NCBI GenBank assembly: GCA_963555985.3
Contig: OY820591.1
Coordinates: 416,001 to 480,000, forward strand
Origin: Dehalococcoidia bacterium
Lineage (GTDB): Bacteria > Chloroflexota > Dehalococcoidia > Bin125
Length of the DNA: 64,000 nucleotides
Direction of reading: 5' to 3'
Numbering within the stretch: the first letter of the stretch is position 1; each line of letters opens with the position of its first letter. A program made the translations under genes and the position numbers. This document shows, in pieces, positions 19,050 to 28,863 of this stretch. The notes beneath the pieces were generated by a model. It had not been told where the DNA came from, did not search any database, and saw only the letters and a program-made list of their open reading frames with translations.

Positions 19050-19838
19050 CTACAGCGGGCGTTCGCCGAAGAACTCGAAGAGGGGCGGGTACTTGTTGAT
19101 GTCTGCGCCGCCGTTGAGTTGGACGGTTTGGCCTGTCATCAGGGATGAGGCGTCGGAGGCGAGCCAGAGGGCGAGCTGGGCTACATCTTCGGGCTCGCCG
19201 ACGCGGCCGAGCGGGGCTTCGGCGGCGAAGGCGTCTTCCAGGCCCGGCACGTCGCGGATGCCCTGGGTGAGCGGCGTGCGGATGAGGCCGGGCCCGATGC
19301 TGTTGACGCGGATGTTGTGCCGTCCCAGCTCGAGTGCGGAGACTTTGGTCAGCATGGCCACTCCCGCTTTCGCGGAGCAGTAGGCGGACAGACCCTCCGT
19401 CGCTTGGATGCTGTTCAACGAGGCCGTGTTGATGATCGAGCCGCCCGAGCCTTGCTCGATTAGATGCTTGGCCTCGTGCTTGATGCAGAGGAAGACGCCG
19501 GTGAGGCAGACGTCGATCACGCGCTGGAACTGCGAGAGCGGATAATCCTGGATTGGCGACCAGCCGCCGATGCCGGCGTTGTTGAAGGCGATGTCGAGGC
19601 GGCCAAAGCGTTCGACGCAGGTTGCAACCATGTTGGCAACGTCGTTCTCGTTGGTGACGTCGGCGCTGATTGCGATGGCCTGGGAGCCGAGCTCGCGGGC
19701 GGTCTCGGCTGCGCCGTCGGCGTTGCGGTCGGCGATGGCGACCTGCGCGCCCTCCTCGGCGAAGCGTTTCGCGGCTGCGAGTCCGATGCCGGATGCGGCG
19801 CCGGTGATCAGGGCGGCTTTGCCGTCGAGTTGTCCCAT
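19050..19838 (-). CDS. Classical SDR (FabG/glucose-dehydrogenase-like)
   Basis: TGAASGIG, NNAG, YCSAK and IRVNSIGPG motifs. Confidence 0.93.
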   Translation of the reverse strand: MGQLDGKAALITGAASGIGLAAAKRFAEEGAQVAIADRNADGAAETARELGSQAIAISADVTNENDVANMVATCVERFGRLDIAFNNAGIGGWSPIQDYPLSQFQRVIDVCLTGVFLCIKHEAKHLIEQGSGGSIINTASLNSIQATEGLSAYCSAKAGVAMLTKVSALELGRHNIRVNSIGPGLIRTPLTQGIRDVPGLEDAFAAEAPLGRVGEPEDVAQLALWLASDASSLMTGQTVQLNGGADINKYPPLFEFFGERPL

Positions 19839-19859
19839 CGTTTGCTCCAATCCGTTTGG

Positions 19860-20663
19860 CTACTCGCTTCGCGGCCGCCTCAACTCGGATTCCAGCACGT
19901 TGAATCCGGGCGGCAGCTCGCTGACTGTGATTCCGCCGTCGACGTAGAAGAGTTGGCCCGATACCCAGGGGCTGGCGTCGCTGGCCAGGTAGAGCGCCAT
20001 TTGGGCGATGTCGTCGGGTTCGCCGAGGCGGCCCAATGGTGTTGCGCCGATCATTGCTTCGTCGAAGCCGGCTACGTTGCGGGCACGGGCGGTGAGCGGG
20101 GTCTTGGTGTGACCCGGGCCGATTGCGTTGACGCGGATGCCGTATTCGCCCAGCTCGAGCGCGGAGACTTTGGTCAGCATGGCTACGCCCGCTTTGGCGG
20201 AGCAATAGGCGCTGAGGCCTTTGGTCGCCTGAGTTGCGTTGATGCTGGCGGTATTGATTAAGGAGCCGCCCTCGCCTTGCGCGAGCAGTTGTTTCGACTC
20301 GTGCTTGAGGGAGAGGAAGACGCCGGTCAGGCAGACGTCGACAGTGCGCTGGAACTGCTCCAGTGGATGATCGTGGATCGGCGCTGCGCCGGCGATGCCG
20401 GCGTTGTTGAAGCCGATGTCGAGGCGGCCGAAGCGATCTACGCAGGCCGCGACCATGGCGGCTACGTCGTCTTCGCTGGTGACGTCTCCGGTGATGGCCA
20501 GGGCGCTCGCTCCAAGTTCTCGTGCGGTCTCGTTCACGAGGTCGGCGTTGCGGTCGACCATTGTTACTTGAGCGCCTTGTTCGACGAACAGTTGCGCGGT
20601 GGCCAACCCGATTCCTGAGGCTGCGCCGGTGATCAGCGCGACTTTGCCGTCGAGTGCTGCCAT
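19860..20663 (-). CDS. Classical SDR, tandem paralogue of the previous gene
   Basis: TGAASGIG, NNAG and YCSAKAGVAMLTKVSALELG shared with the neighbour. Confidence 0.93.
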   Translation of the reverse strand: MAALDGKVALITGAASGIGLATAQLFVEQGAQVTMVDRNADLVNETARELGASALAITGDVTSEDDVAAMVAACVDRFGRLDIGFNNAGIAGAAPIHDHPLEQFQRTVDVCLTGVFLSLKHESKQLLAQGEGGSLINTASINATQATKGLSAYCSAKAGVAMLTKVSALELGEYGIRVNAIGPGHTKTPLTARARNVAGFDEAMIGATPLGRLGEPDDIAQMALYLASDASPWVSGQLFYVDGGITVSELPPGFNVLESELRRPRSE

Positions 20664-20791
20664 GCTGTCCGCTCCTTGCGCCGAATCTGTTCGCTGCTGT
20701 GGGTGAGCAGGATACGTGTCGTTACGGACGCGGATTCATCGATCTAGATTGTCTCTAGTCGAGAGCGCAGAGGCGAATCGGAGGGATAGCC

Positions 20792-21547
20792 ATGGATGTA
20801 CCTCAGAGACTCCGCGAATGTTGGGACGACACCGGCTGGCGGGCGGCGACCATCGCTGCTGTGTTGATCTTCTTGCTTGAGACGTTCATGGAGATCGGCA
20901 ACGGTTCGGTCGGCGACTCGGTTGGCTGGACGGCGATGCTGGTCTCGCTTGTCGTGATCGGCCGCGTGCTCACGCTGCGGCCGCTGCGGGGCGATCTGTC
21001 CTCGATCGAGAACCGCAGTCTCGTCCTTGGCATCGTTCTGATCCTGCTTGGCGAGATCGTCGTGAGCTGGACGTCGATCGGCGGAACCTTCGCGGCCGAG
21101 CCGATCTTCTGGCCGTTTTCACTGGTTTTCATGGCTCTGGTCTTCGCGGCTCGCGGCGTCGCGCCGTATCTCGAGAGCGCGCTCGACCATTGGCTGCTGC
21201 TGTTCGGCTTCGTGGTCTTCTGGCTCCAGGTGGGGATGTGGGCGGGCAATGTGGTACCGCCCGCGCCTCCGCTGACCTGGGGGGTGATGCTGATCGGGGC
21301 GGCGGTGATCGTTCGCGGGATCATTGGCCGCGGCTTCAGTGGGCCACTCTTGAGTCCACTCAACGTCGCCGTCGCGATCTACGCCTTTCTCTTGCTCTGG
21401 CTCGAGTACGGCGCGGAGATCTCCGGAGCGGGCGGCGTCTGGGTGCGGCAGGAGCTCTACTGGCCGTGGATGTTGTGGGCGCTTGGACTTGCGGCGGGGG
21501 CGAGAGTGGTTGCACCGATGGTCGCGCGGCGATTCGGGTCAGACTGA
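20792..21547 (+). CDS. Hypothetical polytopic membrane protein
   Basis: GGAGGG RBS; about 8 Trp-rich hydrophobic segments. Confidence 0.7.
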   Translation: MDVPQRLRECWDDTGWRAATIAAVLIFLLETFMEIGNGSVGDSVGWTAMLVSLVVIGRVLTLRPLRGDLSSIENRSLVLGIVLILLGEIVVSWTSIGGTFAAEPIFWPFSLVFMALVFAARGVAPYLESALDHWLLLFGFVVFWLQVGMWAGNVVPPAPPLTWGVMLIGAAVIVRGIIGRGFSGPLLSPLNVAVAIYAFLLLWLEYGAEISGAGGVWVRQELYWPWMLWALGLAAGARVVAPMVARRFGSD

Positions 21548-21608
21548 GCGCGCCTCGTCCCGTCCCGCTACGATCGTCCGCACAGCGAGAGTACGACCGG
21601 AGGAGATC

Positions 21609-22823
21609 ATGCCCAGCGCTAATCCGACCGTCCATGAGAACCCGATGCTGAACGCGATCCAGGGGATCGACGTGATCGACTGCGACTCGCACGTGACCGA
21701 GCCGCCCGATCTGTGGACCTCGCGCGCCCCGGCAGGGCTGCGCGAGCGGATGCCGCAGCTGCGCAAGGTCGACGGCGAGGACTTCTGGTTTGTCGACGGC
21801 GATGTGCCGTTGGGACCGGTGGGTCTCTCGGTCGTGGAGAGCAGCGGCGACAAGGTGCTCGGCGTGCTCGGTGTGCATGACTTCGACCGTCTTGATGCGG
21901 CGGCCTACGAAGTTCCGGCGCGGCTGGAGCTGATGGAGCGGCTGGGGTTGTACGCGCAGATCGTCTATCCCAACATCTCCGGTTTCGCCTCGGCGCGATT
22001 CCTCGACATTCCCGATCCCGAGCTGCGCAACGCCTGCGTTTACGGCTACAACGACGCGATGGGCGAGTGGCAGTCGGAGTCGGGCGGGCGGCTCTATCCG
22101 CAGGCGCTGCTGCCATTCTGGGACCTCGACGCGACGCTTGCTGAGATGCGGCGCACGGTCGAGGAGTACGGCACGCGCGGCTTCACGATCTGCGACACGC
22201 CCGAGAAGTTCGACCTGCCCGACTACGGTACCTCGCACTGGGATCCGTTCTTCGAGCTGGCGCAGGACCTCGATGTGGTGCTCAACTTCCACATCGGCTC
22301 CGGCGGGGCCAAGGGCGCTCCGTCGCCGTTCGTCTCGTCACCCTGGGAGTCGATGGGGCCCGAGCGGAAGCTGGCGATTGGCGCGGCGAATATCTACATC
22401 GACAACGCGCGGATGATCTCGAATCTGCTCTACAGCGACGTGCTGGAGCGGTTCCCGCGGCTCAAGTTCGTCTCGGTCGAGAGCGGGATCGGCTGGATTC
22501 CGTTCCTGCTCGAGGCCTGCGAGTACCAGTGGGACGAGATGGTGCCGACCGAGGTGAAGCATCACGAGCTGCGTCCGACTGAGAAGTTCCGGCGCAACAT
22601 CTGGGCCTGCTTCTGGTTCGAGGATTTCGGTCCGCGCAAGGTGATCGAGCAGATCGGGGTGAAGAACGTGTTGTTTGAGACGGACTTCCCGCATCCGACG
22701 TGTCTCTATCCCCGGAGCCAGGAGCACATTGCGAATGTGTTGGGCGATCTGGATCCGGAGGTGCGGACGGCGGTGTTGCAGCAGAATGCGTCGGAGTTGT
22801 ACCGGATACCGGTCGGAAGCTGA
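21609..22823 (+). CDS. Amidohydrolase family 2 metal-dependent hydrolase
   Basis: IDCDSHVTEP, FHIG, VESGIGW and FETDFPH motifs; GGAGGAG RBS before ATG 21609. Confidence 0.92.
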   Translation: MPSANPTVHENPMLNAIQGIDVIDCDSHVTEPPDLWTSRAPAGLRERMPQLRKVDGEDFWFVDGDVPLGPVGLSVVESSGDKVLGVLGVHDFDRLDAAAYEVPARLELMERLGLYAQIVYPNISGFASARFLDIPDPELRNACVYGYNDAMGEWQSESGGRLYPQALLPFWDLDATLAEMRRTVEEYGTRGFTICDTPEKFDLPDYGTSHWDPFFELAQDLDVVLNFHIGSGGAKGAPSPFVSSPWESMGPERKLAIGAANIYIDNARMISNLLYSDVLERFPRLKFVSVESGIGWIPFLLEACEYQWDEMVPTEVKHHELRPTEKFRRNIWACFWFEDFGPRKVIEQIGVKNVLFETDFPHPTCLYPRSQEHIANVLGDLDPEVRTAVLQQNASELYRIPVGS

Positions 22824-22840
22824 CCCGCTAAGCTGAGGCC

Positions 22841-23107
22841 ATGACGACAAGTCTCTCGCTCGACGATGACGTCGCCGTCGCTCTCGCCGATGAGGCGGAG
22901 CGGCGCGGTGTCTCGGCGGATCAACTCGCCAACGAAGAGCTCCGCGCCAAGTTCTGCCAAGAACAATCAGGGTCTCGAAAGCCATTCGTGGTCAAGACGT
23001 TCAGCACCGGCTTTCAGCCAGGGATCGATCCTGAGCGACTCAAGGAGTATCTATACGAAGAGGACGACGAGCGTCTTCGTCGGCTCAGCCAGCAGTCCGA
23101 AGAGTGA
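22841..23107 (+). CDS. vapB: VapB-type antitoxin (RHH-like)
   Basis: T(T)SLSLDDDV N-terminus; overlaps the PIN gene (GTGA). Confidence 0.75.
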   Translation: MTTSLSLDDDVAVALADEAERRGVSADQLANEELRAKFCQEQSGSRKPFVVKTFSTGFQPGIDPERLKEYLYEEDDERLRRLSQQSEE

Positions 23108-23541
23108 TCGTTCCTGACACGAACCTGCTCGTCTACGCGCATAGCGAACAGGCCCCGCAACACACTCGTTGTCGCGCATGGTGGCAAGCCTTGATGGAGG
23201 GTCCGGGGCTCATTGGCCTACCTTGGGAAGTCATCATCAGCTTTGTGCGCCTCATGACCAAGCCTCAGGTAGTCACGAATCCGCAGCCGCCTCGGGAGGT
23301 TGTCGCCATTGTCGAGAGCTGGATCAGGATGGACCATACCGTTGTCTTGGAACCAGGACCGCGCCATTTGGCCCTGGTCTCTGACCTGCTTACGGCAGCC
23401 GGGGCAGGCGACAAGCTCGTCCCTGACGCCCACATCGCTGCACTCGCGATCGCGCACGATGCCGAAGTCCATACCAACGACCGAGACTTCGCTCGATTTC
23501 CTGGACTGCGTTGGAGCAATCCGTTGACTGGAACCGCCTAG
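23104..23541 (+). CDS. vapC: VapC PIN-domain toxin
   Basis: DTNLLVYA, DAHIAALA and TNDRDFARFPGL motifs. Confidence 0.92.
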   Translation: MIVPDTNLLVYAHSEQAPQHTRCRAWWQALMEGPGLIGLPWEVIISFVRLMTKPQVVTNPQPPREVVAIVESWIRMDHTVVLEPGPRHLALVSDLLTAAGAGDKLVPDAHIAALAIAHDAEVHTNDRDFARFPGLRWSNPLTGTA

Positions 23542-24524
23542 TTCCCCCGAGCGCCCGACGCGACCGCTGCGCGATTCTCATGGGTGGTTTGGGGGGGGAT
23601 TGAGCAGCCTCCGGTGACGAAGATGCGCGTGTTGCCGACGCTTGCGGCTTCGGCTGCCTGCGCTCGAATCTCGTCGGCTCCCAACTCTCCGAGGCCGGTG
23701 CGGCTGACGCCGCCCATCACCGCCTTGTCGGTTTGCTTCCAGACCTCCGACAAGCTGGAGTTCGTCGGATCGCGGTCGTCCCAGTTGAAGGCTTGGACGG
23801 GGTAGTCGAGGACGTCGGCGAGCATGTTTTGGTGGTGGCAGACGTGGAGGATGTTGAATTCGGCGTCGCGGATGGCGTCGAGCACCTGGAGGTCGTAGGG
23901 GCGGCCGAACTCGCGGTAGAAGTCGGGGGTGGAGTTGGCGTGGGAAGCCCACTGGAGGGGGGCGTAGAAGACGCCCGATGCGCCGGCGTTGAGGTTGGCG
24001 CGGCTGTAGTTGATGATCGTCTGGGTGATTCGTCCGATTGCGCCGTGCAGGGCGGCCGGGGCTTCGCGGGCGGCCTGCTTGAGCGCGCGCGGATGACCGA
24101 ACATCAGCCCGACCACCGACATTGGCGAGAAGACGGTCTGGACGACGTCGACTGCGCCGTTGGTGCGTTCGATTACGCGGCGGGTTGACTCGACGTGCTC
24201 GCCGAAGACGCCGCGCTCGGCGTGAACGGGCACGACTTCGTGGAGTTGTTCGAGCTCTTCGAGCGCCGGTCGGATCAGGGTTTGGTTGGTTTGTTCCTGC
24301 GGCGGGGTATAGATCGCGCCCCAGGCTTCGGGGAACATCGACCAGCGGGGATTGATCTTGATGAAGTCCCAGTCGTAGGCCTCGTACTGCTCGCAGGTGG
24401 CGCCGACCAGATCGTCCAGGCTCCACTCGCGGAGGAAGTCGTGTCCCCAGAGCGAGGCAGGGGCCTGATCGACGGGTTCTCCGGCGATTGCGGCTCGTAC
24501 TCGTTCGCGCTTCGTCATGGTCAT
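23538..24524 (-). CDS. Uroporphyrinogen decarboxylase / methyltransferase family protein
   Basis: MTKRERVRAAIAGEPVD, QTVFSP, PYDL, ILHVC and GGCSIP motifs. Confidence 0.82.
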   Translation of the reverse strand: MTMTKRERVRAAIAGEPVDQAPASLWGHDFLREWSLDDLVGATCEQYEAYDWDFIKINPRWSMFPEAWGAIYTPPQEQTNQTLIRPALEELEQLHEVVPVHAERGVFGEHVESTRRVIERTNGAVDVVQTVFSPMSVVGLMFGHPRALKQAAREAPAALHGAIGRITQTIINYSRANLNAGASGVFYAPLQWASHANSTPDFYREFGRPYDLQVLDAIRDAEFNILHVCHHQNMLADVLDYPVQAFNWDDRDPTNSSLSEVWKQTDKAVMGGVSRTGLGELGADEIRAQAAEAASVGNTRIFVTGGCSIPPQTTHENRAAVASGARGN

Positions 24525-24562
24525 GTCGTGTTCCTTTCTAGCGCAGGCGCAGCGGGTGCGGT

Positions 24563-25909
24563 TCAGCGCCATTTGAGGGCAAACAGGTGGACGGGTTCTT
24601 CGAAGCCGCGCAGGACATGCACGCCGCGATCGTCGAAGCGGTAGCCGCGGCCCTCGACGAGGCCGCGCACGAGATCGGAGACCAGGATCTCGCCGCCGCC
24701 GGCTGTGCCCATGATCCGGGCGGCGCGGTTGACGGTTGCGCCGTAGAGGTCGCCGGCCTCGGCGATCGGTTCGCCGGCGTTGATCCCGATTCGCACGCGG
24801 ACATCAAGGTTGGCGCTGATCGCGCGCTCGATCTGGACGGCGGCGTCTAGCGCAGCGGAGGCCATCGTGAACCAGGCCATGCTGCCGTCTCCCATCGTCT
24901 TGACCTCGGTGCCGCCATGCGACTGGAGGGCGGAGCGGGTGATGTTCTCAACCTCGCGAGTGATTTCACGAGCGACGGCGTCGCCAAGCCGATCGACGAG
25001 GTCGGTGGAGCCTTCCATGTCGGTGAAGACGACGGTGCGAGTGGCGCTGACGGGAGCTTGGCGAGGGGCGGCGACGCCCTGGATGAACCTCTGGACGAGG
25101 TTGGCGAGTTCGTGTACTGAGCGGGCGTCTGGCGCGAGCAGGGCGGCTTCGGACTGCAGGAGCGCGAGTTGCGCGCTGGGGATGACCTGGGCCCAGGCGC
25201 GGCCCAGTCCGGCGTCACCGCGGGTGACGGAGATCAAGGTGGGCAGATCGACCTCGCGCAGTTCCTGGGTGAAGTTGAGTGAACGCAGTTCGGGGATCAG
25301 TTGGAGCACGCGCTCAACACTGGGATAGGTGTGGAGGGCGTCGGCGATCTGATCGATGGTCTCGTGGTCGGTGTCGGGCAGCGCGATGGTCATCAGGGCA
25401 CGGCGCGCGGTTTCGCTGTCGTAGCGCCAGCCCAGCCGCAGCAGGCGGTCGACCACTTCGTCGAACAGTTCGTTCTGCGCCTGATCGTCTTTCGAAAGCG
25501 GCTGGCCGAACCCCATTGGCACCGGATGGTGCAGGATCAGGTGGGAGTAACGTTCGGGTTCGTTGAGCACGCTGATCACGGCGGCCGGGGTGCCGATGTA
25601 GTAACCGAGCAGGGCGACTCGGGGAGCGCCGATCGCGTTGACGACGGCGGTGATGTCGGTCGCTTCGTCCTGGAAGGAACCCCAGACGCCGTGGCGATCG
25701 GAGAGGCCGCATCCGCGCGGGTCGAAGCGCACGACCTGAAAGGACGTACTCAGGCGTTCCCAGAGTCCATCTTCGACCCAGCCGAAGTCGAGCGGCATCA
25801 TCGGGCCGGTGGAGACGACCAGGGGCGGGCCTTCTCCGTAGACGGTGTAGGCGATCCCGACGCCGTCCTCGGTCTGCGTGTAGCGCACGGGGGGAGCCAG
25901 CATGGTCAT
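24563..25909 (-). CDS. Alpha/beta-hydrolase-fold plus class III adenylate cyclase fusion (LipJ/Rv1900c-like architecture)
   Basis: RFDPRGCGLSD in the N-terminal part; VFTDMEGST, VKTMGDG, RIGINAGE and GDLYGATVNRAARI in the C-terminal part. Confidence 0.88.
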   Translation of the reverse strand: MTMLAPPVRYTQTEDGVGIAYTVYGEGPPLVVSTGPMMPLDFGWVEDGLWERLSTSFQVVRFDPRGCGLSDRHGVWGSFQDEATDITAVVNAIGAPRVALLGYYIGTPAAVISVLNEPERYSHLILHHPVPMGFGQPLSKDDQAQNELFDEVVDRLLRLGWRYDSETARRALMTIALPDTDHETIDQIADALHTYPSVERVLQLIPELRSLNFTQELREVDLPTLISVTRGDAGLGRAWAQVIPSAQLALLQSEAALLAPDARSVHELANLVQRFIQGVAAPRQAPVSATRTVVFTDMEGSTDLVDRLGDAVAREITREVENITRSALQSHGGTEVKTMGDGSMAWFTMASAALDAAVQIERAISANLDVRVRIGINAGEPIAEAGDLYGATVNRAARIMGTAGGGEILVSDLVRGLVEGRGYRFDDRGVHVLRGFEEPVHLFALKWR

Positions 25910-25963
25910 GACGATCAACCTTTCGCGCTGGCCCTCCGGCGGCCGGGGCTGAGCATGGTTGGC

Positions 25964-26713
25964 TCAGATGCCTTGGGTCATGCCGCCGTCGATGATGAAT
26001 TCGACGCCGTTCATGTATTCGGAGTCGTCGGAGGCGAGGAAGAGGGCGAGTTTGGCGACTTCTTCGGCTTCGGCGAGGCGTCCGTAGGGGACGCGGCGCA
26101 CGAGCTGGTCGCCCATGCCCTGCTCGATCATGGGGTGCTGCTCCAGCATCGGGGTTTCGATCAGGCCGGGATGGATCGAGTTGACGCGCACGCCGGCAGG
26201 CGCGAACTCGTTCATCGCGGTCTTGGTCATGCCGCGCACGGCCCACTTGCTCGCCGTGTAGGCGACCATGTTGGCTGGGCCGCGTAGACCGGCGACCGAG
26301 GAGATGTTGACGATCGAGCCGGAGCCGGCTGCCGCCATCATCGGCCCGACGTGCTTCAAGCCGAGGAATACACCGAGCTGGTTGATCTCGATGATGCGCA
26401 TGTACTCCTCAACCGTCGTGTCGGCGATGGAGCTCGACCTGAAGATACCCGCGTTGTTGAGCAACGCGTCGACCTTGCCGTAGTCCTCAAGCACTTCGGC
26501 GACGATTGTCTGCCACTCGGATTCCTGGGTCACATCGTGATGCAGATAGCGCGCGCCCTCGATCGAGGCTGCGGTCGTTTTCCCTTCGGCGTCCAGCACG
26601 TCGGTGAGGATGACGTGAGCGCCTTCGGCGGCGAACAGGCGACCTTCGGCTGCGCCTTGTCCTCGCGCCCCGCCGGTGATCAATGCCACCTTGCCGTCGA
26701 GCCGTCCTGCCAT
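25964..26713 (-). CDS. SDR, 3-alpha,20-beta-hydroxysteroid-dehydrogenase-like
   Basis: TGGARGQG and YTASKWAVRGMTK motifs. Confidence 0.92.
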   Translation of the reverse strand: MAGRLDGKVALITGGARGQGAAEGRLFAAEGAHVILTDVLDAEGKTTAASIEGARYLHHDVTQESEWQTIVAEVLEDYGKVDALLNNAGIFRSSSIADTTVEEYMRIIEINQLGVFLGLKHVGPMMAAAGSGSIVNISSVAGLRGPANMVAYTASKWAVRGMTKTAMNEFAPAGVRVNSIHPGLIETPMLEQHPMIEQGMGDQLVRRVPYGRLAEAEEVAKLALFLASDDSEYMNGVEFIIDGGMTQGI

Positions 26714-26757
26714 CGTCGCTTGCCTGCTTCCGTTCTCGGTCTGTGTAACTAGCCGGA

Positions 26758-26805
26758 CCCCCCTCTGTCACTTCGTGACATCTCCCCCCGCGATGCGGGG
26801 GGAGA
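26758..26805. repeat. REP-like double hairpin, family B variant, between duplicated SDR genes
   Basis: ccccctc-TGTCACttcGTGACA-TCTCCCCCCGCgatGCGGGGGGAGA. Confidence 0.75.
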
Positions 26806-26820
26806 GTGTGCCGAGCTTTC

Positions 26821-27570
26821 TTAGATTCCCTGAGTCATGCCTCCGTCGATGATGAACTCGACGCCGTTCATGTACTCGGAGTCGTCGGAGGCGAGGAAGA
26901 GGGCGAGTTTGGCGACTTCTTCGGCTTCGGCGATGCGTCCGTAGGGGATGCGGCGGACGAGTTGGTCGGTCATGCCCTGTTCGATCACGGGCAGCTGGTG
27001 CAGCATCGGGGTTTCGATCAGGCCGGGATGGATCGAGTTGACGCGCACGCCGGAGGGTGCGAACTCGCTCATGGCGACTTTGGTCATGCCGCGCACGGCC
27101 CACTTGCTGGCGGAGTAGGCGACCGATCCCGCGCCGCCGCGCATTCCGGCGATCGAGGAGATATTGATGATCGATCCCGACCCAGCCGCAACCATCACCG
27201 GCCCGACATGCTTCAGACCGAGGAAGACGCCGATCTGATTGATGTCGATCACGAAGCGATAGTCCTCAAGCGTGGTCTGATTAATTGGGCTGCTGCGGAA
27301 GACGCCCGCATTGTTCACGAACGCATCGATCTTGCCGAAGTCTTCCATCACCTCCGCGACTACGGCTTCCCACTCCGACTCTTGGGTCACGTCGTGGTGC
27401 AGATAGCGCGCGCCTTCGATTGAGGCCGCGGTCTCGTTGCCCTCGGAGTCGAGCACGTCAGTGAGCACGACCTGCGCGCCTTCGGCGGCGAAGACTCGTC
27501 CCTCCGCCGCGCCTTGTCCGCGTGCGCCGCCAGTGATCAGCGCCACTTTGCCGTCAAGCCGTCCCGCCAT
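26821..27570 (-). CDS. SDR, close tandem paralogue of 25964-26713
   Basis: Near-identical N- and C-termini; start set at ATG 27570. Confidence 0.92.
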   Translation of the reverse strand: MAGRLDGKVALITGGARGQGAAEGRVFAAEGAQVVLTDVLDSEGNETAASIEGARYLHHDVTQESEWEAVVAEVMEDFGKIDAFVNNAGVFRSSPINQTTLEDYRFVIDINQIGVFLGLKHVGPVMVAAGSGSIINISSIAGMRGGAGSVAYSASKWAVRGMTKVAMSEFAPSGVRVNSIHPGLIETPMLHQLPVIEQGMTDQLVRRIPYGRIAEAEEVAKLALFLASDDSEYMNGVEFIIDGGMTQGI

Positions 27571-27653
27571 GGTCGCCTGCCTTTCTGATCCGTCGGAAGA
27601 CAGGGGCAGGGTAGCTGCACGCAATCGGAGATTCCTATGGGGGTGGGAGGAGC

Positions 27654-28410
27654 GGGGCACGGTAGGGACTGGGCGGTCGCGATTCGCGGCCTCGCGGGGC
27701 TGTGAGAAAAAAACGAGGTGGGGTCGCCGCTTGCGGTCGGGGGATTACGGCGGCTCTTCCTCTTCCTCGAGGCTGTCGTCGTCGTCCGGCAGAGGGACGT
27801 CTTCGCCGCGCATGAGGGCGACGGCGATGGCGTGGGGATGGAGGTGGAGTTCCTTCTTCTGCTCAGGGGTGAGCGGAGCTTCGGGCAGGCGGGGGGAGTG
27901 GTTGGCTCGGGGTTTGGGCGCGGGTTCGGGATGGGGTTGGAGGTCGAGCGCGTGGTGGATCTCGCGGGTCTTGGCGTTGGAGGGGGAGAGTTCGCGGATG
28001 AGGAGGGCGAGCGCTTTGATGCGGACGTGGCCGGCTTCGTCGGAGTGGGCGAGTTGGCCGACGCCGGTCATGGTGGATTGGTAGGTGTGGGGGAAGGGCA
28101 TGGCGGGTGTTCCTTTCTTGGGGAATGCAGGACTCTTGAGCTTATCTGGATGGATGTTCGGATTGCAAGTTGGTTGGGTGTGTTGTGGTTATCGGAAGGT
28201 TGGGTGCTTGATGTGGCGTTTCACCCCCTCTGCCCCGTTGGGGCATCTCCCCCTTGAGGGGGAGAGGGGAGCTGGAGTTGGGGTGTCTGTGCTGTGATGT
28301 GGCGTTTCACCCCCTCTGCCCCCCCGCCTTCGCGGGGGCAGGCTCTTCGGGGCATCTCCCTCCCCGCCTGCGCGGGGACAGGCTCTTGAAGGGGAGATTT
28401 TGGGGAGGTG
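27654..28410 (-). repeat. Dispersed cassette, copy 2 (inverted; carries two REP-B units)
   Basis: Reverse complement matches 5540-6180. Confidence 0.85.
27745..28101 (-). CDS. Hypothetical 118-aa protein (cassette copy 2)
   Basis: Paralogue of 5721-6089 with the same GAAAGGA RBS. Confidence 0.75.
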   Translation of the reverse strand: MPFPHTYQSTMTGVGQLAHSDEAGHVRIKALALLIRELSPSNAKTREIHHALDLQPHPEPAPKPRANHSPRLPEAPLTPEQKKELHLHPHAIAVALMRGEDVPLPDDDDSLEEEEEPP

Positions 28411-28428
28411 AGATGAGGTGTTGGTGGC

Positions 28429-28848
28429 TCACTCTGGGGGCAGGATGACGTAGGTGCCGTTGCCGTGGCCGATGTGGCGGCCGGATTGGTCGTAGAGGTC
28501 TACTGCGCAGTGGCTGAGGGTTCTTCCGCGCCGGATGACTTCTGCTCGGGCTCGGATGATGTCTCCGTCGAGGCCTCGGAGCCAGCGGAATTCGGATTGG
28601 GCGGTGATGACTCGCTCGCCTTCTGCCTGGACGGTGCCGAGGGCGCCGCCCATCGCTGAATCGGCGACGAGGAGCCAGACGCCGCCGTGGACGATGCCGT
28701 AGAGGTTGTGGGTCTTAGGGGTGGCTTTGAGGGTGATCTCGCACCAACCGTCACCGGCGTCGGTGAAGCGGTAGCCGAGCTCCTGGAAGAGGGCGACCGC
28801 TTCCATCTCGCGGAGGGGCGGGTAGCGTTCGAAGATGTCGTCGGACAT
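28429..28848 (-). CDS. PaaI-family hotdog thioesterase
   Basis: N.YGIVHGG..ADSAMG motif. Confidence 0.9.
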   Translation of the reverse strand: MSDDIFERYPPLREMEAVALFQELGYRFTDAGDGWCEITLKATPKTHNLYGIVHGGVWLLVADSAMGGALGTVQAEGERVITAQSEFRWLRGLDGDIIRARAEVIRRGRTLSHCAVDLYDQSGRHIGHGNGTYVILPPE

Positions 28849-28863
28849 CGCGTCGCCGGCGGT

